A DNA stretch of 64,000 nt from Novakomyces olei (lineage: Eukaryota): assembly GCA_016906335.1 (NCBI GenBank), contig JADEYG010000005.1, forward strand, positions 372,001-436,000, given 5' to 3'. Each line of letters starts with the position of its first letter. Position 1 is the stretch's first letter. Below are positions 38,208-51,500 of this stretch, piece after piece. Both the position numbers and the translations under genes were made by a program. Below the pieces are notes generated by a model. The model saw only the letters and a list, made by a program, of their open reading frames with translations. It searched no databases and was not told the DNA's origin.

Positions 38208-38626
38208 CGGAAGTAAAATAAAAACCTTTTTTTTTTTACCGATGAATTATTGGTATATTGGTTCATGGATTGCCAAATTGGATGTCGATTTATATGTAGT
38301 CCGTCAGTTTCGAAGGGGCATTGTATTGTTCAAGTGAAAATTTTGGGTATATTGTGTGCCAGAGAGGATTGTAAGGGCATGAACTCCAATTGCCGTGGCT
38401 GTACAACAATATTACAGCTTTTGTCATTGTCCTACCTTTCCTTTTCCTATTTTCTCTTTGATTTTCCTCATTTTGTTTTTATCAAATTTCCCCTTTTTGC
38501 TTTTGCGTTTAACAAACAATTTTTGACAGATTGCTTTTGGACCAGACCTAGCAGATATACTATTAGGGTCAGGGTTAATAAAGAAACATTTTCTAGGAAA
38601 CATTTTAATGATGGCTAAACGTAGTT

Positions 38627-41600
38627 TTATGCAAGTTTTGAAATGCGGTGCTCAACACTATAAGGAGCCACAGTCTGCAGTGCTCTCAGCAATATATGAG
38701 AAACACGGCTGGTTAAGGGCTCATAGTCGCCCTCAACCTGCATTGTGTCGAAACTCAGCGAAGCCTGATGCCGTCCAGCGGTTATACGTATCCCCGTCTT
38801 TGTAGTTTCCATACAGTCGCCAAATTGCGCTTGGAAAAAGGCGGCAATCTCCTCCATCCTTCGACTGGAGGCACTATTTGATCCGTCTGCTAATGATTCG
38901 TCTTGGCTATGCTGATGGCTACACAGTTTAGATGTCAATTTTACTGAAGCCGGACTGCTTTCTGCACCCAAAACAATTGCAATTACCGCATCAGCAATTG
39001 AGTCATTCACCATATTGCCCTCCCACTCGATGTCAAGCGAGTCTGACGCTTCATGTAAGGTTAAAGTAACTGTATCAAGCACAATAAACTTGATTGTCTC
39101 CTCGCCTTTGACAGTATCGATGTGATCAAACATTTGTTCCATGTGATACCGGATAAGATTGCTACTAGAGTGGAACTTCATAGTCTGCTTTTGCAGTATA
39201 GTACAAGTGTTCAATTCGCCAAACTCTTCCAAATCTTGAGGCGCGAGTAAGCCGAGTCGAAAGTCGCGCTGCACCAGAACACCCGTCATTATTGAGTCTA
39301 TCTTGGGCTCTTGTGCCGCTAATCTGCCCATAACCTGGCCGTTAGAAGAATGATGAAAATCGTATAAATAATGCAAAACAAATATAATGTAATATAATAT
39401 AATATAATATAATATAATATAATATAATATAATATAATATAATATAATATAATATAATATAATATAATATAATATAATATAATATAATATAATATAATAT
39501 AATATAATATAATATAATATAATATAATATAATATAATATAATATAATATAATATAATATAATATAATATAATATAATATAATATAATATAATATAATAT
39601 AATATAATATAATATAATATAATATAATATAATATAATATAATATAATATAATATAATATAATATAATATAATATAAACATAATATAATATAATATGATA
39701 TAATATAATATAATATAATATAATATAATATAATATAATATAATATAATATAATATAATATAGAATAAATATTAAACCGAATCAAATTCATACCCTGGCA
39801 GTTTTGTCGCCTTTGAACGGAATCTCTATCGGCTCACAATTCCGTGGATTAAAGACTTTAACCTCGCGACCCTCCTCCCGGCGCTGGGAATACCGACTAA
39901 GCAAAGCAGATTTTAATCGAGCCATATTCGTGTGTTCTCCATGCACTAGTATAATAAACTTTGGATCGACTAAATCAATAAAATCCCTGTTTTGTGCATA
40001 ATCAACGTGGGCAGCAAATGAAATTTCCTCTACACCCATTCGGCGAGGAATCCTGTGCCCACTCAGCGATGTAATCTCGGGCGGAGCGTTTGTAATTGTT
40101 TTGGCCATTGTTCCTTCGACGGAATAGCCGGTTAGTATCAACATGTTTTTAGCATCGGGGCACCATCTTTCCAATAGTATCCGCGAAACTCCGTTCTGCA
40201 GCATTCCGGGGGCGGCAATAACGACTGAGGGGCCAATATCCTCAAACGTATCAAGGCTCCGCAAGTTATTTACGTGGCGGAAAGCAAAAGGGTTGCGTGA
40301 GGACGTAAAGGCAGCTTTGCGAATTTTGTCGTTCATCATATTCACGTAAGTCTGGTAGATTGCCATACATTTGCGAGCCAGTGAGGAGGCATAGTAGATG
40401 GGAACATGGTGCAGTTTCGGATGCTGTGTCCAAAACTCGTCGAGCAAGAGCAACAGCTCTTGAGCGTTTCCAAGCGCAAACTGAGGCAGTAAAACTCGGC
40501 CGCCATTCGCTACAGTTTTCGTGATTGCTGACGTGAGCCGTGCTTCTTTTTCCAGCCGAGGCTCGTGTGAAGCTGTTCCGTATGTCGATTCTGTAATCAT
40601 TATGTCTGGGTGGTCTTGCGGTACTTCGGCAATGTGCAAATGCCGGTCTTCCTCCCGCGAATAGTCTCCGGTAAAAAGAAGACGGACGCCAGCAATTTCT
40701 ACAAGGTACATAGCCGCTCCAAGAACATGGCCAGCATGGTACGGAGTGAAACGGATGCCTTCAATCTCCATAGTAGAATGAAAGTCTACTGTTTCAATAC
40801 GCTCCATGCACATTGCCAGATCTTTTTCCGAGTACAACTGCTCGTTTGCGCTCGCATTAGGGTCACTGATCCGGACGAAATCTGCAAGCAGCCATTTAAG
40901 AATCGCTTTGGTAGGGTGCGTCATGAAAACTCGTCCTCGAAAGTCTGTCTTTGTCATAACGTAGGGTACAGAGGCGGCATGGTCCACGTGAAAACTAGTG
41001 GTTAGAGTCAGAAAATAGACAAAATAAATTAAAATAAAATAAAACAGAAACAAAATTAGTTAGATAGAATGTAAAAACATAATGTCAGGGGACGGCCCGA
41101 GAATACTCAAATTAATAAACGTCAAATTTATAAACTAAATAGGGGAAATAAATGAATAATTTGAGTATCAAAAGAACGGCAGCGTCGGTGAAACGCATTA
41201 TATTGACTTACTGACTAACGAGCAGAATGTCCACGGTACTGAGATCAAATTCATCAAAAAACGGAAGCGATGCAAGTCCAGTAAGAGCAGGATGTACACC
41301 AGAATCAAGCTGTTTTCAATGCGATTAGTTGATGGCCAAACCAATGAAATGACTAAGCAATTTGAATACGGCGGCAATAATTTTTTGTAGACACAAACAT
41401 GGCCAAACATATCCACAATTGCTCCTCAATAAAACAATGGTGCAATCGCAAGCCATCTTGAGCGATGAACGATACACCAGTGGGCAGCAATCTTACCATC
41501 ACAGTTTTGCCCTTGTACTGAATAACATGACAGGAGCGTCCTACTTCGGCTCCGGCGCCCAGATTTGTAAACGTCAACACGTCCTTTATATAATTAGCTT

Positions 41601-41668
41601 TTACCGCCACATGACTTTAAACTTACACTGGGATCAACGTCCTCCAACACAGTTGACGCTGGCGCCAT
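38627..41668 (-). CDS. YSH1: Pre-mRNA 3'-end endonuclease Ysh1/CPSF73
   Basis: Five exons (introns 41626-41584, 41496-41310, about 41211-40996, 39793-39335). [67 protein letters not shown]73 C-terminal domain. Confidence 0.96.
39391..39762. repeat. (AATAT)n pentanucleotide microsatellite, about 70 units, inside a YSH1 intron
   Basis: Visible repeat occupying most of intron 39793-39335. Confidence 0.97.
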
Positions 41669-41748
41669 TGTGCACGGTGGTAGGCGCTCTCTAGATTTAA
41701 TTATTTAATACGAGAAACATTAATTAATTATATTGGATCGCTAGACTG

Positions 41749-41750
<2 letters not shown>

Positions 41751-41813
<63 letters not shown>
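41751..41813. repeat. (ATT)~21 microsatellite in the YSH1/LMW-PTP divergent promoter
   Basis: Visible perfect repeat. Confidence 0.95.
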
Positions 41814-41815
<2 letters not shown>

Positions 41816-41865
41816 CAGCCTGAATCGAAATACAAGCGAGCCTGGTATTGTTTGATTGTGAGGCA

Positions 41866-42464
41866 ATGCCACCAACGTCTGTTTTATTCGTTTGCCTGGG
41901 AAACATATGCCGGTCGCCAATGGCACAGGGTACCTTTCGAAACATTTACTATTAAAATTTATTTTAATATTCTTTGCCTAATTAAAGGCGTTTTTGCAAA
42001 GATTGTCGAGGAGCGCGGTGTGGAGGACAAATTCGAGATTATTGATTCATGCGGTACCGGCGCCTACCATTCGGGTGAGCGGCCCGATAGTCGCACGTTG
42101 AACGTTCTCAAAAGTAACAATTGCCCGCTTGATCACAGAGCAAGGCAAATAGATTACAGTGATTTAAGTACCTTTGATTATATTTTGGCAATGGACGAAA
42201 TGAACCTTGAAACTGTTGTGCATATGATGAAACGGCAGCAGAAAAATGGAAAAAGTGTCAAATCACACGTCTCATTATTCGGGGATTTTAGACGCAATCT
42301 AGGATTAGAACAGGAATTGCAAGATCCCGTAAGTGACCAGCAAATTTATGTATTTTTGAGACTAACGTCAAAAGTATTACGGAGGGAAACGCGGGTTTGA
42401 GGACGTTTATAAACAGTGTGTAGATTTCTCACATGGGCTTATAGATCATGTGTTAAAGGGGTGA
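41866..42464 (+). CDS. LTP1: Low-molecular-weight protein tyrosine phosphatase (Ltp1/Stp1)
   Basis: P-loop [50 protein letters not shown]; introns 41930-41987 and 42329-42374. Confidence 0.95.
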
Positions 42465-42662
42465 ATTATGGCGATGTACATAGATCCTTTGGAGCATTTT
42501 GAGTTTGAGATAATTTACAATCATTACACTAACTGTTCAACGCTGTAAACATTTTGCTGAGAATAGAATTGTAGTTTATAATAAGTATAAAATCACAATA
42601 AAGATGATTTAGACAATACAAACTTCAAAGTCTTCAGGACAGGCTTTCAAGCACATTTAAAG

Positions 42663-43464
42663 TCAATATCCATTGCCATGGTCCAACTTTTCCCCATTCA
42701 ACCCTGCATTAATCAGCTGCCAGGATATATGCCTCACCACACAGTCAATTACTTGCCGTAATTGCTCAATAGTAAAAGGGTATCCTTCCTCGGGTACGTG
42801 CACAAAGCACACAGGCTTATCTCTTGCTCTTGAAGCCGAGCAAAACAAGATGAATTCGCAAAGGTACTTGCCAGCATCCGCACTCTCTACAATGTTCCGC
42901 ACCAAGAAGTCTCCCAAAAATGGCTTCAGTTCTTGGCGCACCTTATCACAAATACTCATATCCAGAGTTATCGCATCGTCACCTGGAAACCGGTCTCTTG
43001 GAGGGCCTCTGATATTCCGTTTTGCATCAATTATTGGCGCCAAATTGCCGTGTACATCTTGCAGAGAATAATTTCCACGTAAAGCACGTGTCTCCAGCGC
43101 AATACGGCCACGTTGACCTTGGCCTACATGAATTATAGCATCCACATTTTGACCGTGGATATCTAACGCCGTTCTCATTGCATCCTCATAAGTTACAGGA
43201 ACATGGCGTTTATGTATGTGCACAGTACACTCTCCTATCGTTTGTGTATCCGATAATCGCTTTACCGCTTCCCACGATGGATTTGTCGATTTTGCCGATG
43301 CGAAGAGCTACCGTTCAGACTTTATGAAATTAAATAGATTTATAAATAAATAATGACGAATTATTGAAACAGTCTCGACGTTTCATAGCAAACAGTATCC
43401 AATATAAAGCAGTAGAATAAAAGGCAAATACCCCGAAACCCGTGACGGCAATTCCAAGTTCCAT
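42663..43464 (-). CDS. Pyroglutamyl-peptidase I (peptidase C15)
   Basis: VTGFG|LF...NPSWEAVKRL (intron 43431-43308), VPVTY, IIHVG, ALETRA, DAGKYLCEF (catalytic Cys), FVHVP (His). Confidence 0.9.
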
Positions 43465-45081
43465 GATCCGTTTCAGTTGCCGTTTGCGCTCATTCAAACG
43501 CTGGGCTTTATTTACGCTATTTACAATGCGGGGCTTGAAGCTTTTGCGCTGTATCCGCTAGCAGAAACTCACTGCTTAAAAGCTAAACATTGGTCGCGCA
43601 GAGCCATTATTCAGCCTCAATATTACGGTTTCTGCGTGAAAGCAAAGCCTACCGACGGCACTCTTATCGAGATCAATTAAAGTAGTAGTCGTACTTTGAC
43701 CGGCGATTAATACGTACTTTTCTTTGTCGGTATATAGCACATTTAATTCGTCTTGTATACGTATGAATAACTTTGGGGTTTTAGTATCGATGATGCACCA
43801 CATAAAATGTATGAAAAGATCGGGTATTAAAATAGTGAATAGTTTGAATGGTACTTTATTCTTATAAACTCTTATCTCGATGACTTTAGCGAATTGACAA
43901 TAAAGACTTGAAGATAAAAAGGAGCGAGCGAGCGAGCGTTTAGCATTGTGATGTGACATGGAACAGCAGCAACAACCAATATTCGACGATACTAATTTCT
44001 TGTATACTTTTCACAATGTATTTGTTTGTTTTCGAATGATTCGATGTCTATTCTCACAAAATTATTAATTTATTTTTACAAGCACGGCGGACCAGCCGTC
44101 AACGGTGGCCGAGCCGCCTTTTGTTAGATTAGCATAAATTACCACAACTCCTGCCTGCCACTGTAAATATTTCTTCCAAAAACTGTACTTTAGCATAATA
44201 GTTATTCATATAACCAAGAAGGGTCGAGTAACTTTTGCCAAGATAAGGTCGGTAGGTTATTTATAGTAGTACTTTGAAACAGAGGAGTATAATACAGAGT
44301 ACCTGTCGATTGTCAGGTACACACGTGATTGGCCGATAAATAGCTTAAAGAAAAAGCGTGAACGGCTGCAGACTGATTGCTGTCAGAAGGGCGGCATTTG
44401 AAGGTTGCAAACTGGTCACTAATAAAAGTCTAACATTCAAAGAGAGGCAAATAAAAGAGAGGCAAAGAAAAAGAGGCAAGAACTGTCACGGAAAATGAGC
44501 GAGTAACGCGCGGACGCGTACACAACTCGTTTTAGTCAGTTTGACGTATTCCGACCGTCTCGCTTTTCATGTGGATATTTTGACTCGTTGCGTCGTGTGA
44601 GCGGTGATATATTGGTCGACGGAAGTAAAATCTCATCAGCTGAACCATCAAACATTAAATACCGATCTTGTCAGCTATACTTATTGAGCTCAATCAAAGT
44701 GACGAGGCCATAGGCGAGGCTGTTCCAGTTACCCACTGGATTACTGGTTCCGAGGGACAATTGAACGTTGCGACAGAAAGAACGTTCATTCTGTACTTTG
44801 AGAAACTTCAACTCGGTCACCGTACATTCAAGGCTCACGCAATTACCAGTTCGTGTCGGCGCCTGTTTCTTGTATTGCGTCACTTTTAGCGCTACAGGCT
44901 AACTGTAGCAATCTCGCTCCACCTCCGTGTCTGATCCATCAGCTCTTTCAGCTCTTTCTTTTCTTTGTTTGTTTATTGAATTATTTTTTATACATTTGCC
45001 GTAATCTTTATACGAGGCGGTTGAATTACAGTTTGAACTGTTTTCTTTTATCATTGATTCAACCCATCTCTGCTCTCGGCC

Positions 45082-48000
45082 ATGAACGCGTATGGACGGG
45101 ACTATGGGCCGTCAGGAGACGGTGATTCCAATACGCCTGATCGACGATTACCGTCTGATTCGCCCGGATGGACTCCGATCGAGCGGCCGGCAAGAACGCG
45201 ATACATAACGCCTCGTAATGCGCCAATGGCTGCAAACGAAGGAGCCTCAGAGAGCTATGAAATGGCAAACCCCCGTCCTCCTCCGATCGATTTTAGTCCG
45301 GGCAATTTCCACTCGGCTTATAGCCCTTTTCAAGATCAAGACGCTTCGCCTTATGGATCTTTAGCACGTCAGCGTGCTCACAGGTTTAATGACGATGGCA
45401 ATAATAATTACAACAACAGCAATATTAATAGTTTTAATGATTATAGCCAAGAAAACAGCGACAGTGCAGGAGCATTGCGCGTCCCCAGACGCCCAGTGCC
45501 GAGTCCGTCACGTGCACCTTCGGCTCAGTCGCTTCTCCCTGACGACCAAACTCCGTTATTTGACCCGGCAATGCCCTTTGACAGCAGACCTAATTTCCCC
45601 TACCAGCCGCCCTTTAGCAGTGCTGCCTATGGTGAAGGTGCTCAATTGCTGGCAGAGCAAAATAGTGCTGAATCTCCGTTTACGAATCCTTATTCGAATC
45701 GCTACGCAAATAGTTATACGGACCACCAAGAGCCGGCTCCGTTGGCGGACGGGTTTCAGGATAATGTTTCTATTGTCTCGTCGAATTTACAGTATGAAGA
45801 GCCCACTAAACAGAGTCTTGTTCGCGAAGATGGGGGAGATGAGGAGTACGGGATAGAGGGCACTAATGTTCGCTATGGAGAGCTGCCTGTTCGACAGCCG
45901 AGACGTTGGAAGACCGTTAAACGTGTAGAGCTTTACAAGGGCAATCTAGTGCTCGACTGTCCTATACCGAACAGGCTGCTGTCTTCGCTATCGATCAAGG
46001 AAGGCCGTGAGTTTACCCACATGCGTTACACTGCTGCCACGTGTGATCCTGCAGACTTTAAAAAGGAAAGGTTCACCCTTCGTCAGCCACTGTACGACCA
46101 GCCCAGACATACTGAGCTTTTTATAGTTGCTACAATGTACAACGAGGACCAAGTACTCTTTACGCGTACAATGTACGCGATACAAAAGAACATTAGAAAC
46201 TTTGTGAAGCGGTCTCGATCACGAATTTGGGGAGAAAATGGATGGAAAAAAATTGTAGTCGCTATCGTGTCTGACGGCCGGCGTAAAATAAACCCAAAGA
46301 CTTTAGCCGTTCTTGCGGCAATGGGGGTTTATCAGGATGGGGTCGCCAAAAGTGTTGTTAATGGGCGGCCAGTGCAGGCTCACATTTACGAATATACTAC
46401 ACAAATTGCAGTGGACCCGGAAATGAATATCCACCATGAAAACACTGTACCCGTGCAGATAATCTTTTGTTTAAAGGAACAAAATAAGAAAAAGCTAAAC
46501 TCTCATCGGTGGTTTTTCGACGCCTTCAGTCCCATCCTTAACCCTAATATCTGTGTTTTATTGGACGTGGGTACGCAACCCGGCGGCGATTCCCTGTATC
46601 ATTTATGGAAGGCCTTTGATATAAACGCAAACGTTGCTGGAGCCTGTGGAGAGATTCGGGCAATGAAGGGTCGGGCTGGATCTAATCTCGTTAACCCTCT
46701 TGTGGCAGCTCAGAATTTTGAGTATAAAATTAGCAATATCTTGGATAAGCCGTTTGAAAGTATGTTTGGCTTCATCTCTGTGCTGCCGGGTGCTTTTTCT
46801 GCTTACCGATACGTTGCTCTTCAAAATGGTGTTGATGGGTCGGGGCCTTTGGAAAAATATTTCAAGGGCGAGACGAATACTAGTAATGCGGGGGTAAGTT
46901 GCTTTATAATTTGATGGACTATTTTATTTATTAATCTTCCAATTAATTAGCGGCTAATGTCAGATCTTTGAAGCAAACATGTACCTAGCGGAAGATCGTA
47001 TTCTATGCTTTGAGCTGGTGGCCAAAAAGAACTGCAGTTGGGTTCTGCAGTACGTTAAGTCTGCCTATGCAGAAACTGACGTGCCTGATCGGCTGCCTGA
47101 GCTTGTTTCCCAGCGCCGTCGATGGCTGAACGGCAGTTTTTTTGCCTCTGTCTATTCCCTAGCACATTTCTACAAAATTTGGCACAGCAGCCATGGGCTT
47201 TTTCGGAAAGTAATGCTTCACTTTGAGTTCTTTTATCAAGCTGTTCAGGTCGTTTTTTCGTGGTTCATGCTGGCAAATTTTTTCATTATTTTTTCAATTT
47301 TAACTTCATCGATGGGTGATAGCACTGTGAATTTCAGTCCGGGCGCAGTCATCTACATCGTGTGCGCTTGGATTTATGTAGCATTACTTGTCATGTGTTT
47401 TGTTTTGGGCCTGGGAAATCGGCCTCAAGGTAGTAAATGGTCGTTTCTCTTTGCCGCCGGATTTTTCGCGGTTCTAATGGCGTAAGTGCTTCTTTAATTT
47501 GTTTTTATTTTTTGTTTAATTAGTTTTGTATTTACATTTATATCTACATTTGTGCTTGATTGCTTTATATTTTTCTATTCGGCTAATTATTTCCAGGTAC
47601 ATGCTCTTTTGTACAGTTTGGTTATCGTACAGGGCGATCGCGAGCACAGTAGCAGATTTGCATCGGAATGGAGTCGCTCTTACTTTTCAAAGCACAGTCA
47701 GAATTGTATTTGAAAACAGTGTTTTTCGAAACCTTATTGTGTCCCTGGGCTCGACGTATGTCCTGTACCTGGTCGCCTCCCTTTTATACTTTGAACCGTG
47801 GCATATGGTGACGTCCTTTTTACAGTACCTTTTGTTGTCTCCGAGTTATACAAACATATTGAACGTTTACGCATTTTGCAACGTGCACGATGTTAGTTGG
47901 GGTACAAAAGGCGAAACTAAAGTCTCTACTGAGTTAGGTGTAATTTCGGCAAAAAAGGATAACGAGGCTGTTGATGTCGCAATGCCAACGGGCGAAAACG

Positions 48001-48392
48001 ACTTGAACGAGGCGTATACTGAGGCAATACAAATCCTGGCGACTAAATCGGCTCCGATTAAAATTGGGTCTCGCGATGAGGAAACAAAACGGCAGGATTA
48101 TTATCGTAATTTTCGTACAAATGTCGTTTTGGCCTGGATACTGAGCAATGCTGCTCTTGTTGCAATTATTATGAATATTGGTGTTCAAACACAGTCTGTT
48201 ACTGCGGACGAACGAAATGCCCGGTCAAGTGTTTATATGGCAATCATGTATGTTTATTTATTTATTTATTTATTTATTTATATAACAATTATTGATATCA
48301 ACAATAGATTATGGGCGGTTGCTGGAATGGCTCTTGTCAGATTTGTCGGAGCAGTCTCGTATCTGGTGAGAAGATTGATTCAAGGCGAATAG
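45082..48392 (+). CDS. CHS1: Chitin synthase, division 1 (class I-like)
   Basis: Introns 46894-46963, 47482-47597 and 48248-48307. [81 protein letters not shown]. Confidence 0.95.
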
Positions 48393-48558
48393 GCTGTATG
48401 GTACTTTTTTGCGTAAAATACAAACAAGAAAATGAGCTTATGAATTGTGCACAGCTGAGGGATGCCAACGGCAATGTAGGGGTGATTGACATTTTAGGAT
48501 TTAAATATTAAAAGCGAATTACAAGCAACATCTTCATAATTCAACATTTTTCCTCGTA

Positions 48559-51500
48559 CTAAAAATTTGTTCGACGGCGTTTATTGTTTCCGTCATTCTG
48601 CCCAAAATGCTCCTGATTATCTCTTGCTCGAGAAAACCCTGCCCCCGATCTTTCACGCAAAGACCGATTCGACTCGTCCCTACCGCCCCGGCCTCGATCA
48701 CGAGGAGGTGCTTCTCTACCTTCATTTGCCCTTTCGTTTCTCGCATTTTCTCTTCTAGATCCTCGCTCCTGCCTTCCTGACGAACGCTGATTCCGTGTAA
48801 AAGACTCTGTAGCTTGATCCTGGTTTCGCTCTGTGCCCCTTGACGAATGGCGCGTAGGCTTTTCCGCTGGCAGTTGGTCTCTGTTGGAGACTCTCAATCT
48901 TTCATTGGTTTTATTGTCCTTATTATTACTATCCTGCGGACGGCCTTGTTCCGGATTTGCAGGCTTAGGAGCCGGAGCAGGACTGTCTTCAGTGTACCCC
49001 TGACTGGCTCCGAATCCTCGCCGATTATCAATCTTGATATTATTCGCAGACACTTGGCTTCTCGATCCCTGTTTATCTGAATCCACTGGCGTGTCTTTTA
49101 CCCATCCAGAGTTTGCAGTAGCCTCGTCCACGCTTGTTTTCCAAGACGAACTGCCATCTCCGCCCTGTCGCGACCGTGACGTGTCTCTCAAAGAGCCCTG
49201 GCGAGCAACAGATTTTCGTCCTTCGTCAGGCACCGGGTCCCTCTCCCTCCTCTTGCCATAAAGCGACTCCCGCCCTGGCCCAGGCGTTTCCCAAGAGCCG
49301 TCCTTGGAGTCTCGCTTTGAGGATTCTTTGGTAGTTTTAGACGTTTCCTTTGGCGTTTCCTTTGTAGTTTCCTTTGTAGTTTCTCTAGGGTTTTCCCTGG
49401 GCGTTTCTCTAGGATTTTCTCTGGGCGTTTCTCTAGGGTTTTCTCTAGGGTTTTCTCTGGGCGTTTCTCTAGGGTTTTCTCTGGGACTGGGCCTCTGACT
49501 GTCCCTGCCCGAATCCCAGCCAGGGTTTTCGACACGACCAGACTGGCCAGCGGGTGCACGGAACGCGGCATTACCACCACGTGACCGCGCCTTGGACTCG
49601 CGATCGTCACGTCGGCCTTCACTCCGTGAAGACGGCCGATCATCTTGCCGGCTGGATTGCGTTCGTGTGCTCTTTGGTATACGCGACTCTCCCCAGGACG
49701 AGGCAGATACTGCTGTAGACGGTTGAGATCTTTGATCGTTCGAGTGCCGATCAGAACGGCGCGCTTCGTGGCCGCTACGAGGCGACTGACGCGTATCATT
49801 ACTGCCACGTTCCGCGAATCGAGGCGTTTCAGCTCGGACAGGGTTTTCTGCATAGCGATCTCGCTGTCTGTCTGACAGGGAAGAACGGGGGTGCAAAGGC
49901 GTCGCAGCCTGAACCGTACTATCAACCGTGTCTGACGACCTTTTGAATTCTCCATTTTCACGAGATATTTGTCGGGAATTTTCGTCTCCTGCCAGAGCCC
50001 TGCGTACACCGTTTGTTCGGGTATGGCTGTCTGATTTTTGTGAGGAGGGACCTGATGGTGGTGATGGAGCAGCTGCCAAATTATCCTGAACAATAGCAGC
50101 CGACTTTGATTTTGATACAGATGGACTAAACGGCTCTCCGGATTTATTTGTATTTTCTTGAGATTTTGGAGTCGAATAGCCTGTCGGAGTCCCCTGTCTT
50201 GCGGGCGAAGAGACTGCTGCTGCTTTGGTCTGAGGCGGCTCTTTACCAAGAAATGCATACTGCGTAATCCAAGACGACGAGGCTTTCTTCAGCTTTGCCT
50301 GGTATCCAAGCACAAATATTCTCAAATCCTCACGGGGGTCGTTCGCCTGGATAGCAGCCGTTTTCGATAGAATAACGTTGCCGGACCAGTCTAGTAGGGG
50401 GAACGAATCAACCAGTTTTTCGAGTACTATAACAGCGTTCTTAATGTGCATGTACTCACCACTCTCTAAGCAGATCTTGAAGGCATTTGTCATTTTCCGA
50501 TGCCATCTGATCAAAAGCTTTCTAAACTCGTCAAACTGCAAAACGTTTCCCTCTAAAAGCGCTTGTCCATCGCCAAAATTCCATTTTTTTTGGAACCCAG
50601 GCAGCAATTTGGGGGATCCTTTTGCTTCGGAATTGTATAATGTTTCATTCTTTAACCAGGCTGTTATATCGCCCAGCAGGCAGGATAGAAATCTTCCGTA
50701 ATTCTGAGCCTCTCGCTCTGAGCATGTAAAAGTGATCGGTGCAATACTCTCGTCCAGAATCTGGCGTTTAGCAACAGTGATAATACATTGATCAAAACAG
50801 TTATTCAAAACATTAAATCAAAATATTTATTTAAACAAGTAGTAAATGAGCTCCAATTGCAAAATGGTATTGCGGATATAAACAAATGTAAAGGGCAATT
50901 CATTCATAATATACAAACGCCAAACTTACCTTGTCAATTAAAGTCAAAGTTGAGAATCCAGGCGTTCCGATAAGATGAAGCAGCCGCACGAACCGGGCAC
51001 AGAAAATCGCGTCGTTTGGACTAAACAAGTAGCGCGGATATATACAGTACTGCAATATATCTATGGCCCTCTTCTCCCGTAGCGCTGGTCCAGTGCGAGA
51101 CGAGGGAACGGAGAACCAGCGGCCCTTTGAATTCATCAGTTCCTTGCGTGTTGTTTCGAACCAAATCATTTGTGTTTTTAACTCGTTCCTCAATGAGGAA
51201 CTGATTTCAAAGAGCTGCGCCTTTTCCCTCCGATTTCTCGATGCACTCTGTTCCATTAGATTACTTGTGGTCGTTGAAATGGATGTAAGAAAGACGCAAA
51301 AGCACATTAAGAAATCGGATAAACCAATATCCAAAAAAAAAAAAAAAAAAAAAATTGGTAAAAAAATTGGTAAAAAAATTGGTAAAATTAACCAGGAGGA
51401 TAAAAAAACAAAATAATGTTTGGGTATATATAAACGGAAACCAAGTAAAACTCACAGTCGGATCCGATCTGTCGGCAGCCTCCAGCCTTGCAATTCCAGT

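Noticed and set aside
37579-38337. 252-aa overlapping ORF in the LAM gene; also 49188-50258 (356 aa, within THO2) and 58355-58969 (antisense to OPY2)
   Set aside because: Alternative-frame or antisense shadows of real GC-richer or low-complexity coding regions, with no motifs.
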